Below, piece by piece: positions 21,941-35,199 of a stretch of DNA of 64,000 bases. The position numbers and the translations under genes are program-made. The stretch's first letter is position 1, and each line of letters begins with the position of its first letter. Below the pieces are notes generated by a model. That model saw nothing but the letters and a program-made list of their open reading frames with translations, searched no databases and was not told the DNA's origin. Source of the stretch: Squalus acanthias (Eukaryota); the NCBI GenBank assembly GCA_030390025.1, contig CM059431.1, forward strand, positions 111,788,001 to 111,852,000, given 5' to 3'.

Positions 21941-24127
21941 TTGAAAATTTGTGTCAGAGCCCCTGCAATCTCCTCCCTTGCCTCACACAGCAGCCTGGGA
22001 TACATCTTGTCTGGGCCTGGGGATTTATCCACTTTTAAGCCCGCTAAAACCGCTAGTACCTCCTCCCTCTCAATACTAATTTGTTCAAGTATATCACAAT
22101 CCCCCTGCCTGATTTCTATGTCTGCATCGTCCTTCTCCATAGTGAACACAGATGCAAAATATTTATTTAAAACCTCACCCACATCTTCCGGCTCTACACA
22201 CAGATTGCCACTTTGGTCCCTAATGGGCCCTACTCTTTCCCTGGTTATCCTCTTGCCCTTAATATACTTATAAAACACCTTGGGATTTTCCTTTATTTTG
22301 CCCGCCAGTGTTTTTTCATGCCCCCTCTTCACTCTCCTAATTTCTTTTTTTTAAGTACCCCCCTGCACTTTCTATACTCCTCTAGGGCTTCCACTGTTTT
22401 TAGACCTTTGTATCTGCCAAAAGCCTCCCTTTTTTTCCTAATCCATTCTTGTATATCCCTTGACATCCAGGGTTCCCTGGGCTTGTTGGTCCCACCCTTG
22501 ACCTTTACGGAAACATGTTGGCGTTGTACTCTCTCTATTTCCTTTCTGAAAGACTCCCACTGCTCTGATGTGGATTTTCCTACAAGTAGCTGATCCCAGT
22601 CCACTTTGGCCAGATCCTGCCTTATCATATTAAAATCGGCCTTCCCCCAATTTAGAACCTTTATTTCCGGTCCATCTTTGTCCTTTTCCATGACTACCTT
22701 AAATCTCACCGAATTATGGTCACTGTCACCAAAATGCTCTCCTACCGACACTTCTACCACTTGCCCGGCTACATTCCCTAGAATTAGGTCCAGTACCGCC
22801 CCCTCTCTTGTAGGACTTTCTACATGCTAGCTCAAAAAGCTCTCCTGAATGCACTTTAAGAATTCCGCACCCTCTAAGCCTTTCACACTCTGACTATCCC
22901 AGTTAATATTGGGGAAATTGAAATCCCCTACTATTATTACCCTATTATTTCTACACTTCTCTGAGATTTGCCGACATATCTGTTCCTCTATCTCCCCCTG
23001 ACTGTTTGGGGGCCTATAGTACACTCCCAGAAAAGTGCTTGCCCCCTTTTTGTTTTTAAGTTCTTCCCATATGGCCTCATTAGAGGAACCTGCTAAGATA
23101 TCATCCCTCCTTACAGCAGTAATTGACTCCTTGATTAATATTGCGACACCCCCTCCTCTTTTACACCCCCATCTGTCTCGCCTGAAGATTCTATACCCCG
23201 GAATATTGAGCTGCCAGTCCTGCCCCTCCCTCAACCATGTCTCTGTGATAGCAACAATATCATACTCCCATGTGTTCATCAACACCTTCAATTCATCTGC
23301 CTTACTCGCAAGACTCCTTGCATTAAAATAAATGCCATCCAGCCTTGCCATACTCCCTTGTGCCGTTACATATTTGCTCTGCCTTCCAGGCTGACTTGTT
23401 TTTTCCTCTATATTTGGCTGTGCATCACCCCCTACTATAGCTCCACTCTGTATCCCATTCCCCTGCCAAGTTAGTTTAAACCCCCCCCAACAGTACCAGA
23501 AAACCTCCTCGCAAGGATGTTGGTCCCGTTCCGGTTCAGGTGCAACCCGTCCGACTTGTACAGGTCCCACCTTCCCCAGAAGCAGACCCAGTGATCCAGG
23601 AAACTAAAGCGCTCCCTCCTGCACCAACTCTTTAGCCACGCATTCATCTGCTCTATCCTCCTATGCCTATAATTACTAGCACGTGGCACCGGGAGTAATC
23701 CAGAGATTACAACCTTTGAGGTCCTGCTTTTTAATCTGCTACCTAGCTCCCTAAATTCTTGTTGCAGGACCTCATCCCTCTTTCTGCCCATGTCGTTGGT
23801 ACCAATGTGAACCACGACCTCTGACTGTTCGCCCTCCTCCTTCAGAATGCCCTGCAGCTGTTCACTGACATCCTTGACCCTGGCACCAGGGAGGCAACAT
23901 ACCTCCCTGGAATTACTTCTGCGGCCACAGAAACGTCTACCTGTTCCCCTTACGATAGAATCCCCTATCACTATTGCTCTCCCACTCTTTTTCCTCCCCT
24001 CCTGTGCAGCTGAGCCACTCGTAGTGCCACAGACTTGGCTCTTGCTGCATTCCCCTGAGAAACCATCTCCCCCAGCAGTATCCAAAACGGAAAATCTGTT
24101 GGAGAGGGATATACTGTCTTGAATATG

Positions 24128-24270
24128 CCTATATGCATCTCTTCACTTCACCTGATGAAGGAGCAGCGCTCCGAAAGCTTGTGATTTCAAATAAAACTGT
24201 TGGACTATAACCTGGTGTTGTGCGACTTCTCACATTTGTCCACCCCAGTGCAACACCGGCATCTCCACAT
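24128..24270 (+). mobile_element. Penelope family A terminal unit
   Basis: Flanked by the tcttgaatat duplication; contains hammerhead motif. Confidence 0.8.
24148..24184 (+). ncRNA. minimal type I hammerhead ribozyme motif (family A)
   Basis: UCAC-CUGAUGA-A-GGAGC-AGC-GCUCC-GAAA-GC-UU/GUGA; perfect core. Confidence 0.85.
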
Positions 24271-25049
24271 CTTGAATATACTCAATGACGGCGCCTCCAC
24301 AGCCCTCTGGGGTAGAGAATTCCAAAGATTCACCACTCTCTGAGTGAAGAAATTTCTCCTCATCTCAGTCCTAAATGGCCGACCCCTTAATCTGAGACTG
24401 TGACCCCTGGTTCTACACGCCACAGCCAGGGGAAACATCCTCCCAGCATCTACCCTGTGAAGCCTTGTAAGAATTTTGTATGTTTCAATGAGATCACCTC
24501 TCATTCTTCTAAACTCTAGAGAATATATGTCTAGTCTACTCAATCTCTCCTCATAGGGCAATCCCCCCATCCCAGGAACCAGTCTGGTGAACCTTCGTTG
24601 CACTCCCTCTATGGCAAGTATATCCTTCCTTAGGTAAGGAGACCAAAACTGTACACAATACTCCAGGTGTGGTCTCACTAGGGTCCTATATAATTGCAGT
24701 AAGACGTCTTTACTCTTATACTCAAATTCTCTTGTAATAAAGGCCAACATACCATTTGCTTTCCTAATTGTTTGCTGTACCTGCATGTTAACTTTCAGTG
24801 ATTCGTGTACAAGGACACCCAGGTCCCTCTGAACAACATTTCCCAATCTCTCACCATTTAAAAAATACTCTGCTTTTCTATTTTTCCTACCAAAGTGGAT
24901 AACTTCACATTTCTCCACATTATATTCCATTTGCCATGTTCTTGCACACTCACTTAGCCTGTCTATATCCCCTTGAATTTCCTTGCATCCTCCTCACAAC
25001 TTACATTCCCACTCAGCTTTGTATCATCAGCAAACTTGGATATATTACA

Positions 25050-25671
25050 AAAAATGCTGGAAATACTCAGCAGGTCAGGCAGCATCTGTAGAGAGAGAAA
25101 CAGAGTTTTTTCTTTTTTCTTTTCTTTTTTAACGTTTCAGGTCGATGACCCTTCATCAGAACTGGAAAAAGTTGGAGATGTAACAGGTTTTTAAGCAAGT
25201 GTAGGGGCAGGGAGAAGGGGGAGGGGAGGAAAGAACAAAAAGGAAGGTCTGTGATAGGATGGAAGGCAGGAGAGTTTAAGAGAGTAAAAGGATGATGGTG
25301 CAAGGCAAAAGGAGATGGTAATGGGACAAGTTAAGAGATAAGTTCCATGGGGCAAGAACAGGCCGATCTGAGAGAATGGAGTGCTGCAAGTTCAGAGGGA
25401 GGTAGGTTGGAGTGGGTAAGGGGAGCAGAGAAATTGAGACGGCCGATGTCACGCCGGCAGTTTGCAATGAAAAGATCTAGAGAGGTTAAGAGGCCAGAGG
25501 GAGGGGTCCAGGTAGAACAAGAATTCTGAAAACGGGAGAAAGGGTCAGCTGTGCGGGGGAAGACTCCTGGCCAACTCAGTTTCTCTCTCTATAGACGCTG
25601 CCTGACCTGCTGAGTATTTCCAACGTTTTCTGTTTTTATTTCAGATTTCCAGCATCCGCAGTATTTTGCTT
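25050..25671. mobile_element. Penelope family B inverted unit
   Basis: Inverted termini; 14-bp TSD ttggatatattaca at 25036-25049 and 25672-25685; hammerhead 25129-25163 on minus strand. Confidence 0.8.
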
Positions 25672-26230
25672 TTGGATATATTACATTTGGTCCCCTCATC
25701 CAAATCATTGATGTAGATTGTGAATAGCTGAGGCCCAAGCACTGATCCTTGTGGTACCCCACTAGTTACAGCCTGCCAACCCGAAAATAACCCGTTTATT
25801 CCTACTCTCTGTTTTCTGTCCATTAACCAATCCTCAATCCATGCTAGTATGTTACCCCCAATCCCATGAGCTCTAATTTTGTTTAATAACCTCTTGTGTG
25901 GCATCTTATCGAATGCCTTCTGAAAATACAAATACACCACATCCACTGGTTCCCCCTTATCTATTCTGCTAGTTACAACCTCAAAAAACAGATTTGTCAA
26001 ACACGATTTCCCTTTCATAAATCCATAAATCCATGCTGACTCTGCCCAATCCTATTATTATTTTCTAAGTGCCCTGTTAACACGTCCTTAATAATAGATT
26101 CTAGCATTTTCCTACTACTGATGTCAGGCTAACTGCTCTGTGGTTCTCCGTTTTCTCTCTCCCTTCTTTCTTAAATAGTGGGGTTACATTTGCCACCTTC
26201 CAATCCGCGGGAACTGTTCTAGAATCTATG

Positions 26231-27123
26231 GGGGTAAAAATTCACTTGGTTGCGCCACCCGTTAGCGCCTTAAGAGGGCGCTAATGGGGCGCAAAGCCGC
26301 TAACGCCCGGGCGCAGCGATGTTTGCGCCGCTCGAGAACTTAACTTGAGATTGTGCGGCGGCGCTAAAACTTACCGCTGCGACCACCTGCGCGCGCAGAT
26401 TGTGACGTCATTCCATGGTGCAACGCCCTTGGGGCGCCCCGTAGCGGAAATTGAGTGGCGCCCCCTGCCTTACCGCCTGGCGCTTCCAACGACCAGAAGA
26501 CTGGAACGCTATCAATCGCTGTGGGGCTGGGGGGGGCGCTATTTAAAGGGGGCCTCTTCCTGTCTTTTATTGTTGGTGGCATTTTTGAACTACGCATTCT
26601 GAGAGAGAGAGGGAGAGACTTCTGGAGAGATTCAACGTTGTGTGAAGGAGTTTTGGGTACTGAGCAGCACTTTGCAGGTTCATTTTGATTTGCCATTCCT
26701 TGTATCGATTTAGCAGAGACCGTGGGAGCTGCACTCTGAGCTCTTTGCCTGGTGCTCTCCATTGTTCTTTCCAGCACATTTGATGTGCAAGTCTCTCCAG
26801 GCCGAGATTCAAGGCAGCAATGAACAGGATGTGGATGGAAAGCAAGATTAACCATCCCCTTTAAGAACTGGCCCGTGCCATTGTGTGTGTGTTCCATTGC
26901 TGACTGACATTACGTGAGCTTCGCCAGTGCTCCGAGTTAGCGCCTCACTGCTCGGCCTTTGCGCCTTAAGAGAGGTGTGCAGCGCCTGCTTTAGCGCTCC
27001 ACTCACCTCCCGGGGCGGTAAAAGTGAAGTTTCCCGTCAGTGCCGATAATTAGCGCCAGGCGCTAGTATTTGCGTCCGGACGATATTTGCGCCCCAAATG
27101 GGGCGCGACCTAATTTCTACCCC
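26231..27123. mobile_element. PIF/Harbinger-type MITE
   Basis: TIRs ggggtaaaaatt / aatttctacccc; TSD atg. Confidence 0.75.
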
Positions 27124-29954
27124 ATGGAATTTTGGAAAATGACAACCAATGCATTCACTATCTCTATCTCTATGCTTATCTCTTCTAAAAGTTAAGTAGC
27201 CTGGAATATTTAGTTCCCAACCCTGGCCACTTTGCAACCACGTCTCCATTATGGCTATTAGATCAAACCTGTTAATTTCTATCTGCGCTATTCATTCATC
27301 TATTTTTTTGCGAATGCTTCGCGCATTCAGATATAGCGCCTTTAGCTTTGACTTATTTCTATTTTTCGCTGATGTCACCTTAGTCACTGATGCCTTATTA
27401 CCTTTGTTACTCTCTCTGTCCCTTTCTGACCCACTCTGCTTATTTTTACCCAAAACTCTACTCTGCTCTAGAGCCTTGACATTTCTTTCGCTGCTTTTAA
27501 ATTTACTCTTTCCTGAATCCTCGCACCCTCCCTTCATTAGTTTAAAGCCCTGTCTACTGCCCCAGTTATTCGCTTTGCCAGGATACTGGTTCCAGCCCGG
27601 TTTAAGTGGAGCCCGTCCCAATGGAACAGCTCCCTCTTTCCCCAGTACCGGTGCCAGTGTCCCATGAACATGAAACCCCTTCCTCCCACACCACTCTTTG
27701 AGCCACGCACTTAAACCTCTAATCTGTTTGTCCCTATGCCAATTTGCGTGTGGCTCAGGTAACAATCCAGAGATGACTACCTTTGAGGTTTTGCTTTTTA
27801 ATTTGGATCCTAGCTCCTCAAACTCCCTCAGCAGAACCTCATTCCTAGTTCTACCTATGTCGTTGGTTCCTACGTGGAACACGACAGCTGGATCCTCCCA
27901 CTCCAAGTTCTTCTCCAGCCGCGAGGAGATGTCTTTAACCCTGGCACCGGGCAGGCAACACAACCTTCAGAACTCTCGGTCGCGGCTGCAGAGAACAGTA
28001 TCTATCCCCCTGACTATACTGTCCCCTACCACAACTACATTCCCTTTCACTCCTCCCGCTTGAATGGCCTCCTGCACCATGGTGCCATGGTCAGCTTGCT
28101 CATCCATCCTGCAGGCTTTTCCCTCATCCACACAGGCAGCAAGAACCTCATACCTGTTGGACAAGGGCAAAGGCTGAGGCTCCTCCAGCACGGCACCTGG
28201 GGTCCCCTTACCTGCCTGAGTTACAGTCACACCCTCCTGTCCCTGACCACTAACCAGACCTGTACCACTACCTAACCTAAGGGGTGTGACTGCCTCCTGG
28301 ATCAAAGTGTCCATGTAACTCTCCCCATCCCTGTGCCCCGCAATGTCTGCACCTCAGACTCCAGCTCAAAAACTCTGCGCTGAAGTTTCTCAAGAAGCAG
28401 GCACTTACTGCAAATGTGGTTGTCCGGGATCATAATGCTCTCCACAAACTCCCACATGCTGCAGTTGCGGCACACCACCTGCACTGCCATCCCTATATGA
28501 CCTTGTTTTATTGAATTAAATTTAATTACATTTGTAATTAGGTAACTTAGTTTACAGTGTAGTTTCTTGACTACTTACTTGATCTAGATTAAGTTAAGGG
28601 TACTGAAATTAAATATCTACCTGTAACACAAAGCTGCTTTTGTATGTGGAGACACATGACCACGGGTCAATTTGTAAGTGTGAGAGATTGAGTGCTTGCA
28701 CATGACAGCATAAATTACAAGTTATAAAGTTGTATGGATAGATACTGGGGTATAGTTGCCGTTGTATATTCTGCATTAAGTAAAATGTTTCTCCCCCACC
28801 ACCCCCCGCAGCTCCAGACCAAACTAACCAATTAAAACAATCCCTATAGTCACAGACAGAACCCATATTTTTTTCACTGTCTTGTGTAGAGGTTGTATCA
28901 ATCATGACATCATTGCATGTCACATTACTTTAATCCAAGCTAGGTCTGCCTCACAAAAGCAAAATACAGTGGCCGCAGGAAATCTGAAATATAAACAGAA
29001 AATGCTGGAAATACTCAGCAGGTCGGGCAGCATCTGTGGAGAGAGAAACAGAGTTAACATTTCAGGTGGATGACCTTTCGTCAGAACTGGAAAAATTTAG
29101 AGATGTAACAGCAGGTATAGAGGTAGGGAAAGGAGGGAGGGGAGGAAAGAATAAAAGGGAAGGTCTGTGATAGGGTGGAAGGCAGGCGAGATTAAATGAC
29201 AAAATGGATGATGGTGCAAGGCAAAAGGAAATGGTAATGGGACAGGTAAAGAAACAAAAGATGGGTCTAGAAAAGGTGTAAACGGGAACGGCAGAATCAT
29301 CAACAGCTGCCCTCCGAAAAAATGGGGGCAAAGGTTATGGTCTGAAATTGTTGAACCCAATGTTGAGCCCGGAAGGCTGTAAATTGCCTAATCGAAAGAT
29401 GAGGTGCTGTTCCTCAAGCTTACATTGAGCTTTATTGGAACAGTGTAGGAGCCCGAGGACAGAGAGATCAGAGTGGGAGTGGAGCGGAGAATTAACGTGA
29501 CAGGTGACCGGAAGCTCGAGGTCATGCTTGCAGGCTGAACAAGGTGTTCCACAAAGCGGTCACCCAATCTGCCTTTGCTCTCCCCAATGTAGAGGAGACC
29601 ACATCGTGAGCAGAAAGTATATCATACTAAATTGAAAGAAGTCCAAGTAAATCGCTGTTTCACCTGGAAGGAGTGTTTAGGGCCCTGGAAGGTGGAAAGG
29701 GAGAAGGTAAAAGGGCTGGTGTTGAATCTTCTGCGCTTGCACGGGAAGGTGCCGTGGGAAGGGAAGGGGGTGTTGGGGGTGATTGAGGAGTGGACCAGGG
29801 TGTTGCGGAGGGAGCGGTTCCTTCGGAATGCTGAAAGGGGAGGGAAGGAGAAGATGTTTTTGTTGGTGGGATCACGCTGGAGGTGGCAGAAATGGCAGAG
29901 GATGATCCGTTGAATGTGAAGGCTGATGGGGTGGAAGGTGAGAACAAGGGGAGG

Positions 29955-32630
29955 ACCAAGAAATTGAGATGGAAATAGATAAAAGAATATGAGAGTAAAT
30001 TAGCAAGAGACATAAAAACAGATTGTAAACATTTCTATAGGTATGTAAATAGGAAGAAATTAGTAAAAGTAAACATGGGCCCATTAGAGGCAGAGACAGG
30101 AGAAATTATAATGGGCAATAAGGAAATGGCAGAGACATTAAACAAATACTTCATATCTGTCTTCACGGTAGAAGACACAAGAAACATTCCGGAAATAATG
30201 GGGAACCAAGGGTCTAGAGAGAATGAGGAACTTAAAGAAATCAGTATAAGTAAAGACATAGTACTGGAGAAATTAATGGGACTAAGTGGCGACAAATCCC
30301 CTGGAGCTGACGACCTGCATCCTAGAGCTTTAAAAGAGGTAGCTGCAGAGATAGTGGATGCACTGGTATTAATCTTCCAGAATTCCCTAGATTCTACAAC
30401 AGTCCCAATGATTGGAAGGTAGCAAACATAACCCTGCTATTTAAGAAAGGAGGAAGAGAAAAAACGGGGAACTGTAGGCCAGTTAGCCTGACATCAGTAG
30501 TAGGCAAAATGCTAGAATCTATTATTAGGGACCTGGTTTCAGGGCACTTAGAAAATCGTATTATGATTAGGCAGAGTCAACATGGTTTTATGAAAGGGAA
30601 GTCATGTTTGACAAATCTGTTAGAGTTTTTTGAAGCTGTAACTAGTAGGATTGATAAGAGGGAACCAGTGGATGTAGTGTATTTGGATTTTCAAAAAGCA
30701 TTCGATAAGGTGCCACACAAGAGGTTATTACACAAAATTAGGACGCATGGGATTGGGGGTAATATATTAGCATGGATTGAGGATTGTTTAATGGACAGAA
30801 AACAGAGTGTAGGAATAAACGGGACTTTTCAGGTTGGCAGGCTGTAACTAGAGGGGTACCGCAAGGATCAGTGCTTGGGGCCTCAGCTATTTACAATCTA
30901 TATTAATGACTTGGATGAAGGGACTGAGTGTAATGTATCCAAGTTTGCTGATGATACAAAGTTAGGTGGGAAAGTAAGCTGTGAGGAGGACTCAGAGAGG
31001 CTGCAGAGAGATATAGACAGGTTGACTGAGTGGGCAAGAACATGGTAAATGGAATACAATGTGGGGAAGTGTGAAATTATCCACATTGGTAGGAAAAACA
31101 AAAAAGCAGAATATTTTTTGAATGGTGAGTGACTGGGAAATGTTTGCATTCAGAGGGACCTGGGTGTCCTTGTACATGAATCACAGAAAGTTAACATGTA
31201 GGTACAGTAAGCAATTAGGAAAGCAAATGGTATATTAGCTTTTGTTACAAAGGGATTAGAGTATAAGAGTAAAGAAGTCTTACTACAATTATACAGTGCA
31301 TTGGTGAGGCCACACCTGGAGTACTGTGTACAGTTCTGGTCTCCTTACCTAAGGAAAGACATACTTGCCTTAGAGGGAGTGCAACAAAGGTTCACCAGAC
31401 TGGTTCCTGGGATGAGGGGATTGCCCTATGAGAAGATAATGGCCCAAAAATTCGTGAGGAAGCCTTCGTGCGAGGGTAAGGCTTCCCCGCGATCTCTCAC
31501 TGCGCGTTGGCTTTTTCAGTTCCAGCTCGCACGAACTTGATGTTCTGGACAGCTGCTGTGCTGGGCTTGCGTATCCCACAGGCGTAGTTAATTCGTGCGA
31601 GCTGTGGGATCACGTGACTCAGTTAGAGCCAATGGCAGCACACCATCTTCCATTCATAACTTTCACATAAGTGCTGTGAAAGCTATGAATACTATAGCCC
31701 CCCAAAAGACCAGCTAAACCTCAATTAAATTTTAAAAAAAACCATCACATTAATAAAATAAGTATAGTTAAATAAATTAACCATTTTAAATAAAAAATTA
31801 AATTTTTGAAAAAATTTAAAATCTTTTAAAAAGTTATAAAAATAAACTTACCTGTCTTTAAAGTCTCTAAAAAAGATATACCTGTTAAAAAAAATTCAAA
31901 ATAATACTTAATTCACTACTTACCTTGTTAAAAGTGGGTCTTACTCCTCCTTTTTTTATGTGTAAAATCTTCCATACTTACCTGCGCGTTGAAACCACTA
32001 AGTGCACTGCATGCGCGCAGCCTGTAGCGCGCACGCGGTTCACCTAGGAACCGCCCCCTTTTCCATTCACCAAGTGCCGGTTTTCAGCGCATGCGCAGTG
32101 CATGCAGAAAACCGGCAATTGGAGACAGAATACGCGAGAGTACACAGTGCGTACTCTCGCGTATCAACACAAATTTTTGGGCCATTGAGTAGACTAGGCC
32201 TATATTCCCTAGAGTTTAGAAGAATGAGAGGTGATCTAATTGAAACATACAAAATTCTTAAGGTGCTTGACAGGGTTAATGCTGAGAAAATGTTTCCCCT
32301 GGCTGGGGAATCTAGAACACTGGGTCACAGTCTCAGAATAAGGGGTTGGCCATTTAGGATTGAGATGAAGAGAAATTTCTTCACTCAAAGGGTTGTGAAT
32401 CTTTGGAATTTTCTACTCCAGAGAACTGTGGATGTTCAGTCGTTGAGTATTTTCAAGACAAAGGTTGATATATTTTTGGGAACTAAGGGAATTACGGGAC
32501 ATGGGGATAGTGCGGGAAGGTGGAATTGAGGTAGAAGATCAGCCATGATCTTATTGAATGGTGGAGCAGGCTCGAAGGGCCAAATTGCCGACTCCTGCTC
32601 CTATTTCTTACGTTCTTACGTTCTTATGCT
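29955..32630 (+). mobile_element. 5'-truncated CR1 with stop codons
   Basis: [36 protein letters not shown]; (ttcttacg)n tail. Confidence 0.85.
31441..32183. mobile_element. Harbinger-type MITE with AT-rich core
   Basis: TIRs ggcccaaaaatt / aatttttgggcc; inverted relative of 46543-47307 and 56060-56530. Confidence 0.7.
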
Positions 32631-33074
32631 TTATCGTGGTTCTGAGAGGGAGGGGAAGGGGTGAGTGCAGAAGTGCGCAAAATGGAACGGACTCAGTCGA
32701 GGGCCCTGTCAACCACAGTGGAGGGGAATCCTCGGTTGATGTCAAAGGAAGACATATCGGAAGCACTGATATCGTTAGAACAGACGCGACAGAGACAGAA
32801 AAACTGGGAGAATGGAATAGAGTCCTTACAGGAAGCGGGGTGGGAGGAAATGTAATCAAGGTAACTGTGGGAGTCAGCGGTCTCCCTTAACTGTGTTCCA
32901 ATTTTTTATTCTAATTTGTTCTCTCCCCTTCCTCTCCTGAAGGTGTTGACCAATTGGCCATTCTTCACATGTGAACCGAGACAATGAATGTTGACAGACT
33001 ATTCAACTGCAGAGGGAAACACAGTCAAACCCAATCCTGTTCTCACCTGATATGCGCACACACGTACTAATTTT

Positions 33075-33345
33075 AATTCGTTCTCAGGACGTGGGCAATG
33101 CTGCCAAGGCTGCCTATATTTCTCATCCTTTGTTTTACACAAAAAGGTGGTATGCCTTCTCTTTGAACTGCTGCACTTGATGGTGGTTGGTTACAACTGA
33201 GTGGTTTGCTAGGCCACATCAGAGGTGATTAAGAGCTAGCCGCAGAGCACGGGACTAGAGTCATGTGTAAGGCAGAGTAGGGGTGGCAGGCTCCCTTCCC
33301 TGAAGGACACGAGCGAACCCAATTGGGCTTTTGTGACAATCTGGA
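33075..33345 (-). mobile_element. SINE fragment with LINE-derived tail
   Basis: Tail resembles the 3' end of the 41665-42832 LINE; related pieces flank the H2B pseudogene. Confidence 0.5.
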
Positions 33346-33349
33346 AAGG

Positions 33350-34020
33350 GAAACATGTTTTTTTTTCTGGTGGGACAATCACTGGCTCCGCCAAAGTGGA
33401 AATGAGTTCGTAGTTCCCTAAAAACCATGAGAGAAAAACTTACCACCTCGTTCCTGCTCCCAATCCGGCTAACACCATCCTAAAACTGGCCTACCACTGG
33501 GCGGCCGCAGTACCTGCTTGTTTCGGATGGCAGGCCCCTTTTAATATGCAGATCAGTGTCCTATGATGTGCAAAGGATCCTGATTGTCATTTTGGGAGAC
33601 AACTGGGCGGAGCATGGGCTGTGAAAGCTCCGCCCACTTTTACCCGGCAGCACAGCCAAAGAGGGCCAAAAATGCTAAGTTTAAAATTATTCGTGTGGAG
33701 CCAGGAGGAACAGGAGTGCTCCTCCGGCTCCATATGGATAATGTGGGCCACTTGCGCTGCCATCCTGGGTGCACCCCCACCCCACCACTCCTCATGAGAT
33801 TTACATTGCTGCTGGCCAGGTCAGCCTCTGAGCCACCCAATAGGGTGTCAGCTCAGAACCGGTAATCTGTGGCAGGCTGGGTAGTTGACGGCCGCAGCAC
33901 ATCGCTGGCATAGTAATGAGGCCTGGTCTCAAAATGGACTGTGCTTCCTACCAGCACTAGCGGGCGGTCAGGTGCCCGATAGTTGAAAGCTACCTTATGA
34001 CCTTTGCATTGCTGTTCCCG
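33350..34020. mobile_element. GC-rich non-autonomous DNA-transposon remnant (Harbinger-like)
   Basis: Composition and motifs similar to the other MITEs; termini unclear. Confidence 0.35.
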
Positions 34021-34044
34021 TACCATAACTAGATTACCATACCC

Positions 34045-34512
34045 TTGTGTGACAGCTGGTAGCACCCTTGCTTCTGAGTCAGAAGGTTGTGGGTTCAAAG
34101 TCCCACTCCAGACATTTGAGCACAAAAATCTAGGCTGACACGCCCAGTGCAGTACTGAGGGAGTACTGCACTGTCAGAGGTGCCGTCTTTTGGATGAGAT
34201 GTTAAATCGAGGCCCCGCCTGCTCTCTCAGGTGGATGTAAAAGATCCCACGGCGCTATTTCGAAGAAGAGCAGGGGAGTTCTCCCCGGTGTCCTGGCCAA
34301 TATTTATCCCTCAATCAACATAACAAAAACAGATTATCTGGTCATTATCACATTGCTGTTTGTGGGAGCTTGCTGTGCACAAATTGGCTGCTGTGTTTCC
34401 TACATTACAACAGTGACTGCACTTCAAAAAGTTCTTCATTGGCTGTAAAGCGCTTTGGGACGTCTCGTGGTCGTGAAAGGCGCTATAGAAATGTAAGTCT
34501 TTTCTTTTTTTT
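34045..34512 (+). mobile_element. Deu-domain SINE, full length
   Basis: tRNA-like head with gggttcaaag B-box, Deu core, ctttctttt tail. Confidence 0.8.
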
Positions 34513-35199
34513 GAGGCGCAATAAGGGTTGTTAGATAATGATGAATGGGAACACGGGCTGATTTCCACTCCTTAACCCTGCAGTGGTGAGGCTAATAGGA
34601 GCAGTCTAACCACATTCTGGTTGATAACAGTTAAGACAGAATAGATTGGGGGTCGAATCTGGGAATTTCTCGCTCTGTTTGACTTTGTTTGGAACTATTC
34701 TAAGCTCATTCACTCATTCCCTTTTGTTTGGAACTATTCTAAGCAGACCTGACACCATAATGTTCTTGTGCCTTAGTTGGTTATATGTTTTTCCGTTCAC
34801 TATGCCTGTTGGATAAATATCCTATTTAGCGATTACTGATATGTCTCCTGTATTTATGATCTACTTCATTTCAATCTTTATCTTATAGAAAACAAATTCC
34901 TGTCGTGCACATTGGTCGTTTGTCCTCATTACAAACTTTTTGTTCTCCTTTCCCCTGACCCCGTCGCTCCTGAAGGCCATGGCTCAGGCTGGAGTACAGT
35001 TCCATTTGTAAGTGTGTGTAGCTCCCTGGTATTTTTAGGATCCCTTGTACCGGTGGTATTTTATCCTCTTTCTCCACTGTGAAAACGGAGGCACAGTACT
35101 CATTTAACAATCTGCCAATCCCTTCTTGTCCATTATAGTTTTGCTGTCATCTGTCTTTAATGGGCCCACATTCCCCTTTACTACTCTTGTTCTCTTAAT

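Larger units (their letters stand above)
13854..24113 (-). mobile_element. CR1 element B inserted into CR1-A; carries four further insertions
   Basis: catagag tail at 13853 and 14899; ORF2 C-terminus 14972-15681, RT 20076-20160 and 21243-21844, endonuclease 21941-23340, ORF1 esterase 23471-24105. Confidence 0.85.
13688..28500 (-). mobile_element. CR1 element A (outer host); pieces 13688-13853, 24114-24127, 24270-25049, 25672-26230, 27124-28500
   Basis: (cataagaa)n tail at 13688; atctctgtc at 13845-13853 resumes as ctgtcttgaatat near 24114; ORF2 pieces; ORF1 zinc finger (VVCRNCSMWE...CSKC) and SGNH esterase (GDSIVRG); internal deletion near 27165. Confidence 0.8.
28955..32880 (-). mobile_element. 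Penelope family B element (28955-29955 and 32630-32880) split by a CR1
   Basis: Homology to 5100-6085; mutated hammerhead at 29052-29088; sequence resumes after the CR1 tail. Confidence 0.7.

Noticed and set aside
34045..34115. tRNA-like sequence with B-box
   Set aside because: It is a SINE head, not a tRNA gene
34684..34744. 22-bp direct repeat with a short spacer, superficially CRISPR-like
   Set aside because: Only two units in a eukaryotic context; simple local duplication
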